Source: Macrostomum lignano
Lineage: Eukaryota
Direction: 5' to 3'
DNA length: 64,000 nt
Assembly (NCBI GenBank): GCA_002269645.1
Contig: NIVC01003714.1
Coordinates: 1 to 64,000 of the forward strand
Shown here: one piece after another, positions 57,301-64,000 of the stretch
Layout: the number at the start of each line of letters is the position of its first letter
Position numbering within the stretch: the stretch's first letter is position 1
The notes under the pieces: generated by a model
Seen by the model: the letters and a program-made list of their open reading frames with translations, nothing else
The model's database searches: none
What the model was told of the DNA's origin: nothing
Made by a program: the position numbers and the translations under genes

Positions 57301-59863
57301 GATATCGAATACCAAGATCCCGAATCACATGATCCCGAATCCCATGATCCCGAATCCCATGATCCCGAATCCCATGACCCAGAATCCCATGATCCCGAAT
57401 CCAAAGATTCCGAATCCCATGATCCCGAATTACATGATTCCGAATCCCATGATCCCGAATTACATGATCCCGAATCCCATGATCCCAAATCCCAAGATCC
57501 GAATCCCATGGTCTCAAATCTGCAACAAGCTGAAGAAGACGGGGTCAATCGCAATCCCATGACTAAGTCCCATTGACCGAGGTCTGACTGGATCGATGTC
57601 AGCCAGAAATTCAGTTGTTAATCCATAAATGATTCACAACTGTCTGACAGGGTTCGGGCTCCGGCATTGGGGGATTAGCTGTCCTTGGGGAAATTGCCTC
57701 GATCTGCCTGCTAATCCTGAATTGATGAAGAGGGCCCGCAGAGCCTCCCATCCAGCAACCAGGTTTTGCCGCTGTCTGCTTTCCTTCCTCTTGTGCGAGA
57801 AGGAATTTCTCTCCGGGTTTTCGGTGCAATGCTTTGCATGCCGGTGTGCAGCGAGAGCACTGCGGCAGCCCTGTCCATTGAGCTGATTGCTCATCAGAAA
57901 ACTGTTGAAAGCTTCACTAAGACTTCAAAGCTTCCGATACTGAATCCCCAAATCACACGATTAAGATGTAAAATCTATGATCTCGAACTATATTTTATAG
58001 TCCAAAACCCCATGATCCTAAATGCCTAGATCCCAAATCTTTCGATCCCGAATCCAATGATCCCGAATCCCATAGTCCCGAAATCAATAATCCCGAATCC
58101 AATGATCCCGAATCCCATAGTCCCGAAATCAATAATCCCGAATCCAATGATCCCAAATCCCAAAATCCCGAATCCAATGATCCCGAATCCCATAGTCCCG
58201 AAATCAATAATCCCGAATCCAATGATCCCGAATCCCAAAATCTCGAATCCAATGATCCCGAATCCCATAATCCCGAAATCAATAATTCCGAATCTAATAA
58301 TCCCGAATCCAATGATCCCAAATCCCAAAAACACGAATCCAATGATATCGAATCCCATGATCCCGAATCCAATGATATCGAATCCCATGATCCCGAATTT
58401 CATGATCCCGAGTCCAATGATCCCGAATCCAATGATCCTGAATCCAATGATCTCAAATCCAATGATCCCGAATCCAATGATCCCGAATCCAATGATCCCG
58501 AATCCAATAATCCCGAATCCCATTATTCCAAATCCAATGATCCCGAATCCGCCTTGCTGTGCGACGTCATGACTGTCATGGGCTATCTGATGGCCATCCG
58601 AACGTCACAGTAAAAATGGGATTTATTCAAAGCCAGCGGCCACCCAACCACCCGCCTACCCAGGATGCTGCGCAGGAGGATCTCATTGGCCTCGGCCTGC
58701 AGGCTGAATGACGTCACCCGCTGCGTGCCCGGCGGAATCGCCACCCGCTTGCGAAACGAGCCGCAGGCGAATTCGTAGAAATCTTCGCACGGATTGGCGG
58801 CCTCGTTCATGTAGGACAGAATCCTGGCGCTCAGGCTGATGCACTCCGGGTCCAGGCACACCACTGCGGGACCGGCGGCGTTGCTGACCATCTCACATCC
58901 ACTCTCACCCCATCCACTCTCACTCCATCATCTACTCTCACATCATCATATACTCTCACCCATCCACTCTCACTCCATCATCTACTCTCACCCATCCACT
59001 CTCACTTCATCTACTCTCATTCAATCCACTCTCACTCCATCATCTACTCTCACCCATCCACTCTCACTTCATATACTCTCATTCAATCCACTCTCACTCC
59101 ATCATCTACTCTCACCCATCCACTCTAACCCTACCCACTCACCCCATTCACTCTCACCCCATCCACTCTCACCCCATCCACTCTCACCCAATCCACTCTC
59201 ACCCTATCCACTTTCACCCCATCCACTCTCACCCCATCCATTCTCACCCTATCCACTCTCACTCTATCACTTTCACCCCATCCTCTCTCACTTCATCCAC
59301 TATCACTCATCCACTCTAACCCCTGGGCCCCCTCAAAGCCCCCTTCAATCTACTCTCACCCCCATTCACTCACCCATACCTATGCACAATATCCACACGT
59401 ACATCTATGCATTTCTCGGTCAATCGAACCAAAGTACACAATGCACTTCTCTACTCCCAGTCGCGCAGGCCTCCCCACGCATTCCCAAAGAGTTCTGGAA
59501 CTCACTGGACAAGTTTTCGCCCTTCGCTGGTGGCCCGGGCACCACCTCCTTGCGGTACTGCACCTCGAAGCTGTGCTGGGGCGCCGGGCAGGTGACGCGA
59601 TAGAGGAAGGCCGCCAGCAGCAGCACTAAAATGGTCAGGACGCACACAGCAATGAACAAAAACTTTTCCAGATAGTTCCGCTGACGAAAATAGTTGCGAA
59701 GTCGCTGCAGCCGGCTGGCCCGGGGCCGGGGCACCGTCACTGTTGGGACATTCTGGAACGCCTCGCCGGCTGTGCCGATGGCGCCAGCTCCGCTGCCAGC
59801 AATGCCGCTGCTGCTGCCGCCGATCTCGCTGTCCTCGTCAAGGTTGGAGCGGACGTACTTCAT
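51331..59863 (-). CDS. Neprilysin/endothelin-converting-enzyme-like M13 zinc metallopeptidase, type II membrane protein, 8 exons, about 818 aa
   Basis: Exons 59863-59506, 58863-58660, 56889-56378, 55116-55033, 54895-54747, 54168-53295, 52676-52578, 51507-51331; 2457 nt, phase-consistent. N-terminal TM FLFIAVCVLTILVLLLAAFLY. Motifs: NPCEDFYEFACG, LYASCMN, INAYY, FPAGILQ, GAVIGHEVTHGFDD (HExxH at 53519-53505), GESIADNGG, DPHPPGKMRV, FKCPAGARMNPVKKCTVW. Confidence 0.95.
51865..52440. repeat. 15/30-bp G-rich satellite (GGGGATTCGGGAATTGGAGATTAGGGAATT) in the last M13 intron
   Basis: Visible; source of ORF 51865..52587. Confidence 0.95.
52895..53285. repeat. Degenerate CCTAGCAACCGT satellite in an M13 intron
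   Basis: Recurrent motif. Confidence 0.8.
54190..54715. repeat. 20-bp minisatellite (GCTGCTCAGACCCTGTGGGA) in an M13 intron
   Basis: Visible tandem units. Confidence 0.93.
55335..56250. repeat. About 21-bp GGTTGCTATGGTAT satellite, interrupted by a SINE
   Basis: Units on both sides of 55624-55991. Confidence 0.88.
55624..55991 (+). mobile_element. Apparently full-length tRNA-derived SINE (about 368 bp) with an A-rich tail and 13-bp flanking duplication
   Basis: Head GGGGCCGTAGCCCAGCGGTAG (A box) and GGCTCGATTCC (B box); tail AATAAAAAATAAAAA; ATGGTATACATTA at 55611-55623 and 55992-56004. Confidence 0.75.
56920..57510. repeat. 15-bp satellite (ATCCCAAATCCCATG / ATCCCGAATCCCATG) in M13 intron 2
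   Basis: Visible; source of several low-complexity ORFs. Confidence 0.92.
58025..58550. repeat. 15-bp satellite (ATCCCGAATCCAATG) in M13 intron 2
   Basis: Visible; same family as 56920-57510. Confidence 0.92.
58890..59390. repeat. C-rich satellite (TCACCCCATCCACTC) in M13 intron 1
   Basis: Visible degenerate 15-bp units. Confidence 0.88.
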
Positions 59864-62045
59864 GACTAGTCCGCTGCAACAATTGCAAAGATTTTTTATT
59901 TTATCTTGTTTTTCTCGTAATATAAAATTTACAAGATGCACAAACTTGAAAAACAGCAATAACCTTAAAACATCAATCAAATGAATTAAAAATAAAATTT
60001 TACTAACATAAAAACATGACATACAGCTCAATCAAACTAAATAGGCGGAAATTCGGTGATAAAAATTACTAGAAACGAGACTCAATAAGTTTTTAATATT
60101 ACGCATTGTGCAGCAAAAAAGTTTTCTGTGGAAAGGTTAAAAGTTCTATCAAAAAGAAGAAAGATTTAACCATTGATATAACCAATTATAACCATTGTCA
60201 TTGATATAAAATATTACGAATATTTAACTATTGATCTGTTAAAATTTCTCTAGATGGCCTCTACCTTCACTTATATTGTATACTTTAATAAGGCTAGAAA
60301 ATTCCTGATTTGAAAATTAAGTCAAAACAAAAGCGAAAGTGGATTTAATCACTTTGCTTTATGAACTAAGAATAAGAACTACAAACTTTAAAACAAGCAT
60401 TGTAAAATTTGATTTAGAAGCCAAGAAAAAGCTAGACCTCCCATTTTCTGCAAAGTTTACGGTAGCCAAACCAGCAAGATTTTAAAACGGTACAATTTCA
60501 GTAAATTTTGAGGCTTCAGAGCCAACCTCGCTGTTAAAAGAACGTATTTTCCACTGTCGAATTTCGGACATACTCAAGTAAAACTTAAACAAATATATAT
60601 ATATATATAGAAAGACAGTAGCTAAAGTAAGAAATTAAGCTATTTTTATTACAAGGTAATTTTCTAAGCTTGTAAATTCAAGGGATTTTCTGTTTAAAAC
60701 TAGTTTAGAAAAGCATCGTATCGAATTTAAAGTAAAACATATGACAAGCATATATGATCAAAATGATGTCAATGCACCTTACAGTAGTGCACCCTTGAAA
60801 AATTTGCGCTTCTAAAGGTTATCTTATCTGATCCATGCAGTAATCAGTGCGGAAGCCGAGAAATTCCCAAGAAATTTATGTTGTCGAGTTTCCCAACTCA
60901 GCTTAATCCATGTTTTTATAATTTTATTTTAGCACAAATCACAATCAAGTCACAATCACTAATCACTAATGCAGGAAGAATCAGAATGACTTATTTCGAT
61001 TTTATTGTTACTTACTGCTCCTGAGTTTATCTTAATCACGTTTAATTACTTTTAATTTAGGTAATTTTTAAATCATATCAACTTAAACCTATTTTATAGC
61101 TTAGTTAGGCCTATCTAATCTTTTTAGAATAGCAAGGCTACTTAAGTTTAGTAACACTTTTTTTAATTAACAATATTTGGCACCATAAGTGTCAAAATGG
61201 GGGTAGGACCAGGGGGCCATCAATGGTTCCTGCCCCTCCCCTATTTTTAGCAACTTTTAATATATACTTTTTAAAATAGAATAGGCCTACTAAAATTATT
61301 ATAAATTTTTAATCCATATAAGTATTTGCTACTTTTATTTCTTTTTTTAAAAGACAGAGACTAAAATACATTTTAGATTGTTTCAGATTTAGGATCCAAT
61401 ATCTATTAGATCAGTAATTAGTTGATTATCACAAATGAGTAATAATCAATGATCAAGTACATATATTATCTATACTTTGAATCATGTTAAATATATGTCA
61501 GAATTCATATTAGAACCAAATGCACATTAGAATATTCTAGTATTAATAATATCTTCTGTAGTGTATGTAATATATAATATGCTATTTCTTATACTTAAAG
61601 TTAAGGTAGCTAGGTTTAATGCATATATCTTCCTAGACAGCTGGCAACTTGAATTTAGGACTTCTATATATCAATACAGAATTTTCCTAATGAAACAGAT
61701 AGGCTATTTTATTGTTGAAAATTTGAAAATTACATTTGTTAAAAAACAGAAAACACATCTATTAAAACTTTTTAGCTACCTTTTCTACAACTATTTTAAA
61801 TTGAAAATTTGCACCAATTTTGAGTGACAGTGCCAGTGCAACATTTTCCTATCTTGGCAGTGCATTCTGTCTATGGAGGGATGATGGCATGCTTTGAAAA
61901 AAGTACAGAAAGGAAATAGCTATCAATTTCTAGTTGCCACTGTGTATTGAAGGCGAATGAAGGGGTACCATAGGTGACCCGTGTCATCTGACTAAGCACT
62001 GGTAGTCATGGTTGCAGTTACTGCAAGCTACAGCACTATAAGAAT

Positions 62046-62678
62046 ATGCATTGGAAACCATCATTTGCTGGCATGAAGCGCGCATCAGCAGCCGCTGCCA
62101 CAGCTGCCAGGTCATGGCGGGACTCCGCCTCGCTGATCCTCGTCACCGAGGGTCTCCGCGTGCTGCTGCTCAAGCGCGCCGCCAAGAGCTCCTTCTTCGC
62201 TAACGCGCGCGTTTTTCCCGGCGGCGCGTTTGACCCCGGCGTAGACGCGAGCGCCGATTGGCTGCCGCTGTTCCGCGCCAACGGCGGGCGCAGCTTCGCC
62301 GCCTGGCACCCCGGCGCCGACGGCTTGGCGGCTCAGGCGGCGCAGTTTGCCTCGGCGCGGAGGGCGCCAATTTTCGAGTCAGGCGCCGCCGCGTCCGTGG
62401 CGCCGCTGGCACTGCTGCCCGAGGTGGCGCTGAGGATCTGCGCCCTGCGCGAGACTTTCGAAGAGTGCGGCCTCCTGCTGGCTGCGGACGGCGACGGCAA
62501 CCGGGTGCCGCACGACACGTGGGCGAGCGGGCCGGAGCTGCGGCTGGCCGAGTGGCAGGTGAGGGCGGCAGCCAGCGAGCCTCCGGGCTTCTGCTGCAAC
62601 TGATCTCTGGGAGACTTTTCATTCGCATTGGGGACCCTTAGAGACACACAGACAGACAGCACACACACACAGGCACCA

Positions 62679-62719
<41 letters not shown>

Positions 62720-62769
62720 GCACACACACAGGCACCAAGACAGAGAGGCAGACAGACAGACACTAAGAC

Positions 62770-62842
<73 letters not shown>

Positions 62843-63859
62843 CTAAGACAGATAGACAGACACTAAGACAGACAGACAGACACTAAGACACTAAGACAGA
62901 CAGATACTCAGACACTAAGACACTAAGACAGACAGACAAACACTAAGACAGACAGACAAACACTAAGACAGACACTAAGACACTAAGACAGACAGACAGA
63001 CACTCAGACACTAAGACAGACAGACAGATACTCAGACACTAAGACAGACAGACAGATACTCAGACACTAAGACAGACAGACAGATACTCAGACACTAAGA
63101 CAGACAGACAGATACTCAGACACTAAGACAGACAGACACTCAGACACTAAGACAGACAGACAGATACTCAGACACTAAGACAGACAGACAGATACTCAGA
63201 CACTAAGACAGACAGACAGATACTCAGACACTAAGACAGACAGACACATACTCAGACACTAAGACAGACAGACAGATACTCAGACACTAAGACAGACAGA
63301 CACTCAGACACTAAGACAGACAGACACTCAGACACTAAGACAGACAGACACTCAGACACTAAGACAGACAGACACTAAGATACTAAGACACTAAGACAGA
63401 CAGACACTCAGACACTAAGACAGACAGACACTCAGACACTAAGACAGACAGACACTCAGACACTAAGACAGACAGACACTCAGACACTAAGACAGACAGA
63501 CACTCAGACACTAAGACAGACAGACACTCAGACACTAAGACAGACAGACACTAAGACGCTAAGACAGACAGACACTAAGACGCTAAGACAGACAGACAGA
63601 GACAGGCTCTCCCGCAGTCCGCAGTGAAGCAAGACGGTCGCGAGTTCCTCCGCCTGTTTAGCAGCCTGGGCCTGTGCCCGGACCTGCACAGCCTGTACGA
63701 GTGGTCGAACTGGCTGACGCCCTCCACCCTGTCCTCGCCCCGCCGGTTCGACACGGCCTTCTTCCTCTGCTGCCTGCCGGCCGCCTTCCAAGTGCGGCTG
63801 GACCTGGCGGAGATGTCCGGCGAGCACGACTGGCTGCCGCCCGTGGAGGCCATCGACAG
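62046..63859 (+). CDS. NUDT19: NUDT19-like Nudix acyl-CoA diphosphatase, first two exons; continues beyond the window
   Basis: Exon 1 62046-62558: WRDSASLIL, VLLLKR...FFANARVFPGG, long insert, LRICALRETFEECGLLL (split Nudix box typical of NUDT19). Exon 2 63618-63859: LYEWSNWLTP...RRFDTAFF. GT donor at 63860. Confidence 0.85.
62645..63605. repeat. Compound GACA/CACTAAGACA satellite filling NUDT19 intron 1
   Basis: Directly visible. Confidence 0.93.
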
Positions 63860-63899
63860 GTGCGCGCTGTGAAGGTCTGCGTTTCCGGCGGTATCTGGG

Positions 63900-64000
63900 A
63901 TCAAGTGGGTCAGGATCATGTATCTAATGGGTCAGGATCATGTATCTAATGTGTCAGATAATGTATCTAATGGTTCAGGATCATGTACCTAATGGTTCAG
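63900..64000. repeat. 22-bp repeat (GGATCATGTATCTAATGGGTCA) starting NUDT19 intron 2
   Basis: About 4 units up to the window edge. Confidence 0.75.

Noticed and set aside
51865-58572. Repeat ORFs such as ELGIRELEIR, AAQTLWELLRP, IPNPM and DPESH
   Set aside because: Intronic satellites of the M13 gene, whose exons already join in phase without them.

Overview
Eukaryotic (animal) genomic DNA with GC-rich spliced exons, AT-rich spacers and many minisatellite-filled introns. The style suggests the flatworm Macrostomum lignano, but that is inference only. I rebuilt eleven spliced genes by hand from GT/GC-AG boundaries and phase continuity. They are: a secreted GH3 beta-xylosidase-like gene (minus, two apparent frameshifts near its 3' end); four tandem DNAJB6-type J-domain genes (plus) with motifs HPA, HPE, HPD and HPS, two of them with His-rich repeat tails; ARMC8 (minus); a C16orf89/DUF4735-like gene (minus); an MTUS/CCDC69-like coiled-coil gene (plus, one GC-AG intron); a WSC + PAN/Apple-like secreted protein (plus); a neprilysin/ECE-like M13 peptidase (minus); and the 5' part of a NUDT19-like Nudix hydrolase (plus). 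There are also tRNA-derived SINEs, a LINE 3' fragment and about 30 tandem arrays. Most long ORFs in the supplied track are satellite or antisense artefacts. The best candidate for an undescribed system is the J-domain cluster: one canonical co-chaperone flanked by three HPD-substituted paralogs, two carrying possible metal-binding His or His/Met repeat tails. All family assignments come from remembered motifs, not database searches.
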